Of a DNA stretch of 59,914 bases, positions 43,541 to 52,899 are shown in pieces; the first letter of the stretch is position 1, and every line of letters starts with the position of its first letter. Under the pieces are notes generated by a model. The model was not told the origin of the DNA and did not search any database. It was given only the letters and a program-made list of their open reading frames with translations. This DNA is from a virus (taxonomy: Duplodnaviria; Caudoviricetes), in the IMG/VR virus record IMGVR_UViG_3300034374_007566, positions 1 to 59,914 of that record; one strand, written 5' to 3'. The translations under genes and the position numbers were made by a program.

Positions 43541-46500
43541 CAGCGGGTCCTGCTCGGCCTGCTTCCGTTCCCGGGCCTTCCGGGCCGCCTCGGCCTGGAG
43601 CGCCCTGTACAACAAGTATTGCCGCTGCTCTTCCTGCGAGAGCTTCACCAGGTCCTCTGGCTTGATGTACAAGTTCTCATAGGAGGACATGCCAGTGGCC
43701 TGGTCCAGGAGTTCGTTCAGCGTCGTCCGGGCTGCCAGCCGCCGGACGCGGTCCTGGTCAACGTCCTGGAACTTCATGCCAGTGAGGGTGTTGAAGGCAA
43801 TCTTTGCGGCCCGCTCGCCGGGATTCAGCCGGTTGTCTCGGGCCTGGCGGATGAGCCCAAGCACCCGTGACCCACCTGGCAAGTTGACGCCGATCTGCTC
43901 TATCGTCCTGCCAAGTGGGCCGATGTCCTGCTCCAGCATGGAATAGAGGTCGCTCAGTTGACGCCCTGAGTAGAACTGGCGGTTAAGGATGTACTCCAGC
44001 GGACCCTTAATCAGCGGGTTGCTCTGGCCAAGAATGTTCTGGCCGGTCTTCATGATGGAGTCGCCAACTGAACCAACCACACTGTTGCTGACGCCTGGCG
44101 TAAAAAGGTTCAGCAGGCCCTCATACGGCCAGTCTATGCTGGTGAGAAACCGCGTCAGATCGGGGTTGCTTTGGCCAATGAATGGAATGCTCTCGTCAAG
44201 CGGTATCGACGTGGACTGCCGAAGATACTCAGGCGTGAAGCGGTCCTCGCTTGGCTCGCCGGCCCGGTTGATCGCCCGGATCGACTGCCCCATCAGCCCG
44301 GCCGGCTTGTTGACAAGCTGGTCAGCTACCAGCGGCGTGATGCCCTTGGTGTAGGAGTAGAACGGAATGAGCCTCTTCAGGTACTCACGTTCAAACTCTG
44401 TGAAGGCCTGGGGGCGATAGTCCACCTGTGTCAGGTCAGCAATCGCCTTTGCCTGGCGGGGATCGTCGCCCTTGCGGATGCGATTCAGGTACGCTCCCAG
44501 ACGATTCATGGTGTCAGTGGTCTGGGCGGCGGCGTCCCCAGCGGCCACCAGGAAGTTGTCCGAACCGCTCTTGCCGCGGACCCTAAATGGATTCCAGAAC
44601 GCCCAGCTTCCTGGCCGGAACTTCGCTCCCAGGCCGGCGGTGTAGTTGCCCCCCAGTCCCGGGATGTTGGTCTGCATGTTCAGGTTGCCGGCCTGCCGAC
44701 CCAGGTCGTCAACGACACTGGTCCCCAGGACCCCCTCGGCCCCAGCGTCAGTGAGGAACTTGCGAACCATCAGTTCGTCAAGGAGTTCCTGGTCCGTCGC
44801 GTCCGCGTACTTAGGAAGCGAGCGAAGGGCGTTTAGGTTTGCAGGCGTGTTCAGTGCCTGGTATTCCGGCAGGTCCCTGACGCGGCCTGGAATCCAGGAG
44901 TAGTCACCCCTGCCGATCTTGTAGGCGGCGACCTCATCCGTAGGGCTGAAGGCGCTCTTCATCGCAGAGGCGAAGGAGCCACTGTACTTGTCCCGGGAAT
45001 AGCGGCTTGGGTAGAGCAAGGCCAGCGACTTAAACACATTGGTGTAGTCATCCACGGCCTTCATCAGCGGGCCGAGTTCACGGGGGTTGCGTGCGCCCAG
45101 GATGCGCTGGTTCAGACGGTCGATGTCGGCCTTACGGACAGACAGATTGGCAAGGTCTTCGGGCAAAATGCCGAGCCGGCCGGCGACGGCATTGGTGGCG
45201 TTCGACACGCCCTCCCGCCCTCCCTTTAGCTTTGGCCGCTTAGTGTCGAATCCCAGTAGCTTCAGGGCTTCTTCCAGGCCATACACCTCATCGCCGGCCA
45301 CCTCGTCAGCGGCGCGTCGGATGAGCATGTCATCGCCAAGGATGCGATCCAGCAGCACATCGGCGGTGGCTTCGGATCGCCTCCTGGACCGGACATACCG
45401 TTGGATGTCGTTGACCGCGTCTCCGTAGAATGGCAGTTGATCTCGGGCAAAGTTTTCTGGCAGGTTGCGGAGCGTGTCCGCCAGGTCGGTAAACAGTTTT
45501 TGCTCAGCCTCAGCGGCAGCGGCCTCGGCAGCAAAGCCTTTCCCTGTTCGCAGATAAGCGAACGGGTCTGCGAACTCATTGGCATTGTCGGCCAGCCACT
45601 TCTTCAGTATGGATGAGCCAGTTGCGCCGGTTTCGGCAATATCAGGCGCGTTGCGGAGCGCCTCTTGCAGCGCGCCGTCCTTGGCCATGGCGTCGATGAC
45701 CCTTGCAGGGAAAGCCCTGGTGTAGCCGCGGCGGCCACGCCCTTCGCCCAGAACGCTCGCAACCCTGGGATCAGAGGCGTACCCGCGGCCCCGCCTGCCT
45801 TTTGCTCCGGCGGGGTAGACAGGGCGATCAGGGGTGACACGTTGCCGCAAAAAGTATTCGATGTCGTTGGGGAGTTTGCTGTCTGTGAGCGGAATGCCCC
45901 GTGCCCTTGCAGCGTCAATGGCTCGGCGGGTCTCGCCCTTGGCAAAGTCGATGAGACCTTCCGCCCCACCGCCCGGCGCAAAGAGAGGGCGGATTTCATC
46001 CGACAACTGGTCTAGCGGTCGGCCTTCCAGCACGTCCCTCAGAGCAGACCGGAAGCCCTGAGAGCGGAAGGTGTCTTCGCCAACATTGCGGGCGGTGTTG
46101 ACCAGGGCCTCCGACAGTTCCCTGTCTGCAACGCGGGCAGCGTCCTTTGTAGACTGCGTCAGTTGCCTTGCCATCCACCGATCAGCCTCGTCGCTGAAGC
46201 CCATGAACTTGGTGTCGAACATGGCCTGGGCGGCCCGGACGGCTGGGCCAGTGAGGCGGCCGTACTGGAGCGTGTCGCCAATCTTGTCGGCACCCTTGGC
46301 AAGGAGGTCGCCGCCTCGCTTGCCATAGAAGTCCACGCCCCACTCGCCAACGAACGGGATCGATACCCGGTTGCTGGCGGTCAGCGACTGGCCCAAGAGA
46401 TCGTCGGCCCTGTCGCCCGCGGCCCGCAGGAAACGCTCCCTGGCATCCGCCCGGAGGTTGGCAGGCAGTAGGTCGATGAGTTCACTTGGCGACTGGCGAA

Positions 46501-47029
46501 GAAGCTGATTGCGACCGATCTCTTTTCCTGACCGCTTGCTGGCTTCCCGTGCCAAGAGCCCAAGGTCGTCCGTGAGCAGGCCAGCCTTTGATGCGGCTCG
46601 GCCGGCGGCCGTCTTGGCTGCACCGCCAAGGAGCGGGGCCAGGCCGAAAGAAGCATAGGTCAGCGGGTCTAGGAGAATCTCTGCGGCCAGGCCGCCGCCA
46701 AAGTTTCCGTAGTTGTCCTCACCGCTAACCAGCCCGTAGTCCCTCAGCAACTCCCGGCCGGTCACGCGCTCGTCGGAGGTCTCCCAAAGCGCCGACAAGC
46801 CCTTCATTGGGCCTTCGCTGAGAAGCCCCCGGACGATGGCACCGGGCGTGTCCAGGAGCCACCCAACGGCAGACAGCCCAGACGCTCCCCGCTGGGCCAA
46901 CTCCCGGAGCATGGAGTCCTTCTCATCCTCCGGGATGGCGTCTTCGACGCGGCGCTTGCGGGTAACTGGGATTACGCCAAAGATGTCTTCGCCAATCCCT
47001 GGCAGCGGTGGTAGGGATGGCAATGACAT
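43523..47029 (-). CDS. Large internal virion (ejection) protein
   Basis: 1168 aa, last late gene; DY....T.FE...KR.IPFYS motif typical of large podovirus internal proteins. Confidence 0.75.
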   Translation of the reverse strand: MSLPSLPPLPGIGEDIFGVIPVTRKRRVEDAIPEDEKDSMLRELAQRGASGLSAVGWLLDTPGAIVRGLLSEGPMKGLSALWETSDERVTGRELLRDYGLVSGEDNYGNFGGGLAAEILLDPLTYASFGLAPLLGGAAKTAAGRAASKAGLLTDDLGLLAREASKRSGKEIGRNQLLRQSPSELIDLLPANLRADARERFLRAAGDRADDLLGQSLTASNRVSIPFVGEWGVDFYGKRGGDLLAKGADKIGDTLQYGRLTGPAVRAAQAMFDTKFMGFSDEADRWMARQLTQSTKDAARVADRELSEALVNTARNVGEDTFRSQGFRSALRDVLEGRPLDQLSDEIRPLFAPGGGAEGLIDFAKGETRRAIDAARARGIPLTDSKLPNDIEYFLRQRVTPDRPVYPAGAKGRRGRGYASDPRVASVLGEGRGRRGYTRAFPARVIDAMAKDGALQEALRNAPDIAETGATGSSILKKWLADNANEFADPFAYLRTGKGFAAEAAAAEAEQKLFTDLADTLRNLPENFARDQLPFYGDAVNDIQRYVRSRRRSEATADVLLDRILGDDMLIRRAADEVAGDEVYGLEEALKLLGFDTKRPKLKGGREGVSNATNAVAGRLGILPEDLANLSVRKADIDRLNQRILGARNPRELGPLMKAVDDYTNVFKSLALLYPSRYSRDKYSGSFASAMKSAFSPTDEVAAYKIGRGDYSWIPGRVRDLPEYQALNTPANLNALRSLPKYADATDQELLDELMVRKFLTDAGAEGVLGTSVVDDLGRQAGNLNMQTNIPGLGGNYTAGLGAKFRPGSWAFWNPFRVRGKSGSDNFLVAAGDAAAQTTDTMNRLGAYLNRIRKGDDPRQAKAIADLTQVDYRPQAFTEFEREYLKRLIPFYSYTKGITPLVADQLVNKPAGLMGQSIRAINRAGEPSEDRFTPEYLRQSTSIPLDESIPFIGQSNPDLTRFLTSIDWPYEGLLNLFTPGVSNSVVGSVGDSIMKTGQNILGQSNPLIKGPLEYILNRQFYSGRQLSDLYSMLEQDIGPLGRTIEQIGVNLPGGSRVLGLIRQARDNRLNPGERAAKIAFNTLTGMKFQDVDQDRVRRLAARTTLNELLDQATGMSSYENLYIKPEDLVKLSQEEQRQYLLYRALQAEAARKARERKQAEQDPLSVFNI

Positions 47030-48759
47030 TACTGTGCAACCGTTCCGGGAGGGAGTGATCTGTACGGGTCTCGCATTTCTGACACCTCAGACTTGCGTTC
47101 TTCCGGCTGTTTAAAAGTTGCCCCAACAGTGTCCACCATCGCAATCAGTTCCGCCTCAGGCATCCACGGGAAAGTCTTGCGCGCCCAGGCCAATGTCCGC
47201 TGACGGCCTTCGGGCGTGAATGCGCTACCGCCACTGCCAGGTCTGCTTGCGATATGGGTGGCCACCCACTCGTCAGTCGTTTTGTAAGCAAGCTCTTGTT
47301 GCTTGCGCGCCATCTCTTGCTGTTGCCACGCAAGGGCCTGCCCTTCCGTCCCGTCGTTGAAGCCAGAGTTAAGCCATCGTCGGGTTTCAAATCCCGCTTG
47401 GGCAGCCTGAACATCCAGCGGCGTAGCCCCACCCCGCCGCCCCTGCGTCAGGCGGTCAAGCAGCATGACCTGCCGAAACCCAGGGTCCATTTGTTGCATT
47501 TGGAGACCAGGCTGACCGCTGTTCATCTGCGCGTTTTCGGTCTGGATGCGGCGGGCATTGGCAACCTGCGCGGCCTTGCGATCTTCGTAGCCGCGGCGGG
47601 CGTCTCGCTTTAGTTGCCGCATCGCCATGTCGTCGTCGCCCTGGAGTTCTTCCGGGAGCGGAAGAGTCTCGTCCACGTCTGGGTAAGGCACGCCGGCACG
47701 CCGGGCCAATCGGTCCACGCGCTGCTCATACAGGAAGGCATCTCGCTTCCTGGTAGCCTCGGCATGGGCCTCTGGCGAGAGCTTGTAGGCGTACTGCGGG
47801 CCGGAGGGACCGTCAACGAGTGTTGGAACGTAGCCACGCGCCTCTAGGTCAGGTCGGCGTGGCGGCTCACCGAAAGCCGCGTTCGCAACACCGGCCTGCG
47901 GAATTGGCTGAGGCCGTCTCCCGGCGACCGGGGTCCTCAGCATCTGCTGTGCGATCCCAAGCGTTTCTGCTGGCGAGGCACCCGAAAAATCGCCCGTCCG
48001 CAAGGCTGGGGTCGGTGCGGCAATCTGCGGACCAGCGCCTCCCGGCTTATTCTCCAGGATCATAGGCGTATCGGAAGCCATCATGTCCTGCTCTAGCTGC
48101 GACGGCTGGCCCGGAGAAGACGCTTCGTAGGCGTCCATCTGCTGCTGCGATTCAAACGGCTGCTGGCTGCCCCAGCGTCCTGGAGCCTGGGAACGCTTCC
48201 GCTGCCCGCCGGCAGTCTGGAAATCGTCAACCATCAGCGTGCGGGCGAAATCAACCTCTTCCTGCGTGCGAGGCGGGCGGCCGAAGCGGCGCTCATATTC
48301 TTGTCGCAGGGCCACATCGTCATCGATGGGGTCCTCAGATCGGCCGCGGGTAAACGGCGCACCTTCCATGGCCATCATCCGGTCACGGGCTGCGAAGGCC
48401 TCCGTGCCGGGCCGAAGGATGGGGCCGTCCTGTCGGTAGCCACCAGCCATCTCTGCGGCAAGGCCACGCTCATAGTCCGCCTCTGCCTCCATCACGTCGG
48501 TGGGCCGCTGATCAGTTCCGGCCATGTCCCAGGCTTCTTGACGCTGCCGGCTGGCATCAGCAAGGCCTGCCTCACGGGCAGCAGCCGCATCCTTCCGTGC
48601 ATCAATCTCAGCCTCGGCACGGGCCGCAGCCTCACGGGGCTTCATGCCCTGCGAGACGTAGTAAGCAGCGAGGGCTTCCATCTCCTCTTGCTCAAAGTCC
48701 ACGCCGGGAGCGCCGTCCAGGCGGCTCTCCATGCCGGGAGTGAGGGTCAAGCGACTCAT
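47029..48759 (-). CDS. Internal virion protein, putative
   Basis: 576 aa, coupled, in the ejection-gene position. Confidence 0.7.
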   Translation of the reverse strand: MSRLTLTPGMESRLDGAPGVDFEQEEMEALAAYYVSQGMKPREAAARAEAEIDARKDAAAAREAGLADASRQRQEAWDMAGTDQRPTDVMEAEADYERGLAAEMAGGYRQDGPILRPGTEAFAARDRMMAMEGAPFTRGRSEDPIDDDVALRQEYERRFGRPPRTQEEVDFARTLMVDDFQTAGGQRKRSQAPGRWGSQQPFESQQQMDAYEASSPGQPSQLEQDMMASDTPMILENKPGGAGPQIAAPTPALRTGDFSGASPAETLGIAQQMLRTPVAGRRPQPIPQAGVANAAFGEPPRRPDLEARGYVPTLVDGPSGPQYAYKLSPEAHAEATRKRDAFLYEQRVDRLARRAGVPYPDVDETLPLPEELQGDDDMAMRQLKRDARRGYEDRKAAQVANARRIQTENAQMNSGQPGLQMQQMDPGFRQVMLLDRLTQGRRGGATPLDVQAAQAGFETRRWLNSGFNDGTEGQALAWQQQEMARKQQELAYKTTDEWVATHIASRPGSGGSAFTPEGRQRTLAWARKTFPWMPEAELIAMVDTVGATFKQPEERKSEVSEMRDPYRSLPPGTVAQ

Positions 48760-49829
48760 CGGCGGCCTCCTGTCACCATGCGGTACTCTGCCGGGCTCAG
48801 CGAAGCCTGGCCCCGGGCGATCCGGCCGGCTCGCTCTGATGGGATGCCGGCGTTCATCAAAACCTGGACGGTTCGCTTCTGGGCGTTGGTCATGTAGGGA
48901 TCACGGTCGGGCGGAGACTCACGCGGCGGCGTGTTGTCACGCTCTAGGACGAGGTCGTCCATCGTCAGGCCACGGCCCATGTCAGCTTCGCTGGCCCCCT
49001 GGAAGCCTTGTTCTCCAAGGTCCACCCCGTCGTCCAGCATGGTAACGGACTCGTCCATAAGACCTTCGATGCCTGGAACGACAGGGGTATCCATGGCTTC
49101 CAGGATCATCTCTGCGAGGCCTTCTGTGTCGTAGTCGGACTCGTCAATCCCAACCTCCGGCTCCACTAAGTCGCTGGCGAGGAGCGTGGACGGTGAATCC
49201 ATCATCCTGGAGGCGTAGTCCGCAAGGCCCTGTGATACAGCGTTCAGCGGAGTGGGGATTTCCTCCGTGCGGTACTCGTCCTGGAACCGGCCAGAGAAGT
49301 CGCCAAGGTCGATCTCATCAACAGGCATGGCGTCAGCCGGGTCCATCGCCTGGGCGGCGGCACCCAGGACGGCGATGTCGTCCAGCGTCAGCGGCTCCTC
49401 GGCCACCTCTTCCGGCTTCGATCCCGCCATCATCACACCACCAGCCCCCAGGGCCGCAGCCAGTGGCACGGCAGCGTCAGACATCATGCTGTTCCGCTGG
49501 AGGCGAGCGGCCTCTTCTCCCATGCGGGCCTGCCGCTGGTAGTCCTCATAGGCCCGGGAGATTGCCGGGAGCGACCGCATCTCTTGCTCAGGAGTAAGGC
49601 GGTCCAGGCGGTTGTTGACCAGAGCCCTGGTCCGATCATTGCGGAGAAGCTGGTCCGCCAGGGGCAGTTCTTCCACCTGGGGCGGCATCTGCGCCCGGAT
49701 GCGGCGATTGAACTGGGCGGGAGTCAACGCATCGACCGACTTCAGGCCACGGCCACGGGCCGCCAGGCGGCGCTGCTGCGCGGCCAGCCGCGCCAGGAAA
49801 GCGTTGACGGCGTTTGGCTGGGGATTCAT
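48756..49829 (-). CDS. Internal virion protein, putative
   Basis: 357 aa; basic N-terminus, acidic C-terminal half. Confidence 0.7.
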   Translation of the reverse strand: MNPQPNAVNAFLARLAAQQRRLAARGRGLKSVDALTPAQFNRRIRAQMPPQVEELPLADQLLRNDRTRALVNNRLDRLTPEQEMRSLPAISRAYEDYQRQARMGEEAARLQRNSMMSDAAVPLAAALGAGGVMMAGSKPEEVAEEPLTLDDIAVLGAAAQAMDPADAMPVDEIDLGDFSGRFQDEYRTEEIPTPLNAVSQGLADYASRMMDSPSTLLASDLVEPEVGIDESDYDTEGLAEMILEAMDTPVVPGIEGLMDESVTMLDDGVDLGEQGFQGASEADMGRGLTMDDLVLERDNTPPRESPPDRDPYMTNAQKRTVQVLMNAGIPSERAGRIARGQASLSPAEYRMVTGGRR

Positions 49830-50050
49830 TCAGGCTTCTTTCTGGTGGGCTCGGCGTCCATGTCGATCTCTTTGGGCTTGCCGCGCTTCTCTTCTGTCAG
49901 GTCAGCGAGGTCATTCGACTCCTTAGTCAAACTCTGGAGCATCTCCCGCTCCTCCTGCTCGCTGGCCGTGATCAGCTTCTTAACGAACTTCCGCATGCCA
50001 TCGCGGGTCATGCCTTCCAAGAGTTCGTCAAGGTCCAAGTCCATCTTCAT
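49826..50050 (-). CDS. Hypothetical protein
   Basis: 74 aa, coupled at both ends. Confidence 0.7.
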   Translation of the reverse strand: MKMDLDLDELLEGMTRDGMRKFVKKLITASEQEEREMLQSLTKESNDLADLTEEKRGKPKEIDMDAEPTRKKPE

Positions 50051-50442
50051 CTCGCTATATCCCCGTAGAGTCCATAGAGAAGGCCAGTGCGCTCATAGTT
50101 CCGAAGCTGGGACTGGGTGTTGTAATCAGTCAGGAGAGACTGCAACGCTTGGGAGTATTGCTCCCGGGATCGGTCGTAGGACAGATTGCTGCCGGCTTCC
50201 TGGTCTGCTTCTTGGAGGTAGTCGGAGTACGCACCTGCCATTCCGCTGGCGTAGTTCTGAGCGGCCTGGATGCCAGCCTGGTTCATCTGGCCGGCACCAC
50301 GGGAGAACCCGGGACGGTCCAGAGACTTGGCGTTGTAGCGGGGGTCAGCGGCAGCCTGTGCCTGGGCTACCTTGGACGGCGAGACTTTCGCTGTCGGTGC
50401 CCGCCGGGGAGGCTGCTGTGCGGTGGTGCGTGTGTAAGCCAT
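50047..50442 (-). CDS. Q/A-rich virion protein, putative
   Basis: 131 aa. Confidence 0.7.
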   Translation of the reverse strand: MAYTRTTAQQPPRRAPTAKVSPSKVAQAQAAADPRYNAKSLDRPGFSRGAGQMNQAGIQAAQNYASGMAGAYSDYLQEADQEAGSNLSYDRSREQYSQALQSLLTDYNTQSQLRNYERTGLLYGLYGDIAR

Positions 50443-50781
50443 TTATCCCATTAATCCAGATAGCAGGGTGTTCATGTTGCGGAGCCTTGCCATTTCAATC
50501 TGACGCTGCTGGTCCTGCGACTGTGCCATTGCCGTGAGGCCTCGCAGGGAAAGGTCCTGCTGGGCCTGGTCGAACGCGGACTGATATCCGTAGTTGGCGA
50601 GATTTGCCCCCTTCTGGAAGTTGGCCGCATTCTCGGCGGAATAGGCCTTCGATAAATCGCCGTAGGAACTTCCGTACTGACTGTGCTGCGGTGCGGACGC
50701 AAAAGCCGCGGCGGCGTTCGCCCGGTCCTGTCCGCCGACAGGCTTGCGATACGGAAGTTCTGTGCGGTAGTTCAGTTGCAC
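50443..50781 (-). CDS. Q/A-rich virion protein, putative
   Basis: 112 aa, AGGAGG RBS. Confidence 0.7.
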   Translation of the reverse strand: MQLNYRTELPYRKPVGGQDRANAAAAFASAPQHSQYGSSYGDLSKAYSAENAANFQKGANLANYGYQSAFDQAQQDLSLRGLTAMAQSQDQQRQIEMARLRNMNTLLSGLMG

Positions 50782-50784
50782 CGT

Positions 50785-51843
50785 CTACCTCCTAGCGAAC
50801 AAGCCGACTTTTCCAAGCGACTGGTTCCAAAAGTCCGACAGGTTTTGGCCGAACGAGTCGTAGCCGCTCTGCATCTGACCGCGGAGGTCACCCATCCCGC
50901 TCATAAACTGAGAACCGGCAGATCGCTGGTTGCCATAGAACTGATCCATGCCAGCCATGATCGGATCGGTGCCGTCTCTCAGCAGGCCCTGGAGCCCGTC
51001 GTAAACGGTAGATAGCTGCGAGGATGGCATGTCACGGGACGAGTAGTGTTGGCGGTCAAGCTGCTGCCGCGTGAGGGCTGAGTTATTCAGGAGGGCATCC
51101 CGGTAGTCCGGGGACATGATGGCATCCTGCAAGCCCTCTAGCCGACCCATGGCTGTTGTGCTGCCAGGCGTGTAGCTAATCCCGCCGCCCGGGTTGCCCA
51201 TAGGCATGCCCGTGTAGCCGCCAGAGGCGATGGGCCCGGTCGTACCCTCGGCAGAGAACCCACCTCCCGGAGGCATGTAACCACCGCCAAATGCCCCAGA
51301 AAGCGCACCGCCGGCAATCTCGGCCCGCCCCAGGCCGGCGTAGGCATTACCAAGTCCGCTCAGGGCGGCGTATCGGCTGCTGCCCAGCCCGGCCAGCCCC
51401 GCTTGGTCGGCCGCCGCTGCCGTCGCCAGGGCCTGGTTGTATGACTGCTGGTTTCTCGCCCAGGCATCCATGGAGGCGTTGGCGGCAGAGCCGTAGGCAC
51501 CCAGGCTGGCGGAGCCAAGATTCCCAAGGGCACCCATGCGGGCAGCTTCGGCCATGGCGTTTGCGCCATACATGGCACCCCGCTCATTGGCCATAGCGGT
51601 GGCCATGTTCGACAGGCCGCTGTTGTAGTTGCCATATGCCCCCGCCATGGCGTTGGCAAACTGGGCGGGCTGCTGGTACAGCGAGGACAGGATGTTTCCC
51701 TGGGCCTGATACCTGGCGGCATCACGCTGGGCGTTGGCCTGCTGCTCGGCGGCATGACCCTGCATGGTGGCCTGATGAGACCGCCAGGCAGCCTCTATCG
51801 CCTCGGGGGAGCCGCTAAACGTAAAGTTTGTTGTCGGTGGCAC
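50785..51843 (-). CDS. G/A/Q-rich DNA pilot/ejection-type protein
   Basis: Composition and position after the tail genes. Confidence 0.65.
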   Translation of the reverse strand: MPPTTNFTFSGSPEAIEAAWRSHQATMQGHAAEQQANAQRDAARYQAQGNILSSLYQQPAQFANAMAGAYGNYNSGLSNMATAMANERGAMYGANAMAEAARMGALGNLGSASLGAYGSAANASMDAWARNQQSYNQALATAAAADQAGLAGLGSSRYAALSGLGNAYAGLGRAEIAGGALSGAFGGGYMPPGGGFSAEGTTGPIASGGYTGMPMGNPGGGISYTPGSTTAMGRLEGLQDAIMSPDYRDALLNNSALTRQQLDRQHYSSRDMPSSQLSTVYDGLQGLLRDGTDPIMAGMDQFYGNQRSAGSQFMSGMGDLRGQMQSGYDSFGQNLSDFWNQSLGKVGLFARR

Positions 51844-51870
51844 AGTATTCTCCGCTACTATGAGTGTCCT

Positions 51871-52899
51871 CTAACGCTTGACGAAGAAATCATCTCGCAG
51901 CACAACTACGCCTTTTAGCTGCGGCTCGGCGGCTACGAACACGTTTTCGGTGTTCCGGAAGAAGCCCTCGTCGTCCTCTTTCACCAGAATCCCGTTTGTC
52001 CCATCGCTCGCCAGACCAGAGGCGTCGGCGGTGCGGAAAAGCGCGGCTTTTAGGTTGTCCTGGGTCCCGTGGATTGTCCCGGACGCCGTTTCCGCAGTGC
52101 TGACGTAGACCGTGGTGGTGCCAGAAAACGTCACAGAGCAGGTGTCGGGGTCGAATGTCACCCCCGTGGGGATCGTCACGCTGGACATCTGGATCGATAC
52201 TGTCCCGCCAGAGATGGGTGCAGCCGGGATATCGATGGTTTCGTAGGGCAGGACGCTGGCGTCAGAAACGTACTGGTGGGGGCGGGCAGCGATCCGGCGC
52301 ACAAACTCCACGCGGGGATTGATGCCGTTTAGATATCCAAGATTCTGGAAAATCCCACGCGGGATAGGCCCCGGGAAGAATCCTCCAGGAGCCCCGGGCC
52401 TGCCGTCCCTGCCGGGCTGGCCTGGCGGGCCCGGCGGGCCAACTACACCCCCGCCATTGATGACGTTGACGTTGATGTTATCGACGTTCATGTCGCCGCC
52501 GTTAAACACCTGGTTGCTAATGAAGTCAGAGTTGAAGTTGGTGGTGTTGACCTGCGGCCCGCCGAAATACTGGTTCTGAAGGAAGTGATTGTCGGTCGGA
52601 AAAAAGAAAGCGCTGTCATACCTGTTGCCAGCGTTCCAGTTGACCGTCATGCCGGGGATATCGACCTGGTCGTAGTTGCTTGTTGTCGGAACGAGCCCTG
52701 GGTACTGCGACGGGTCCCATGAGCCAGGCGGAGCAATCCCAGATGGATGGGCCGGAATCCGGGGCGAGAAGTTGACGCCGCCCCGGTGGGACAGCGGAAG
52801 CTGGCAGTTGCCGAAGGCCTGGGCTAGGGGCTGGACCTGCGACTGAGGCACCCCAGCGGCAAAGGCCGGGAATGCTGCCGGCATGGCTTGCGTGAACAT
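51871..52899 (-). CDS. Tail protein with short collagen-like segment
   Basis: GPPGPPGQPGRDGRPGAPG. Confidence 0.7.
   Translation of the reverse strand: MFTQAMPAAFPAFAAGVPQSQVQPLAQAFGNCQLPLSHRGGVNFSPRIPAHPSGIAPPGSWDPSQYPGLVPTTSNYDQVDIPGMTVNWNAGNRYDSAFFFPTDNHFLQNQYFGGPQVNTTNFNSDFISNQVFNGGDMNVDNINVNVINGGGVVGPPGPPGQPGRDGRPGAPGGFFPGPIPRGIFQNLGYLNGINPRVEFVRRIAARPHQYVSDASVLPYETIDIPAAPISGGTVSIQMSSVTIPTGVTFDPDTCSVTFSGTTTVYVSTAETASGTIHGTQDNLKAALFRTADASGLASDGTNGILVKEDDEGFFRNTENVFVAAEPQLKGVVVLRDDFFVKR

Noticed and set aside
43523-47029. Tape measure protein
   Set aside because: No tail tube, chaperone or baseplate genes; motif and position fit a podovirus ejection protein
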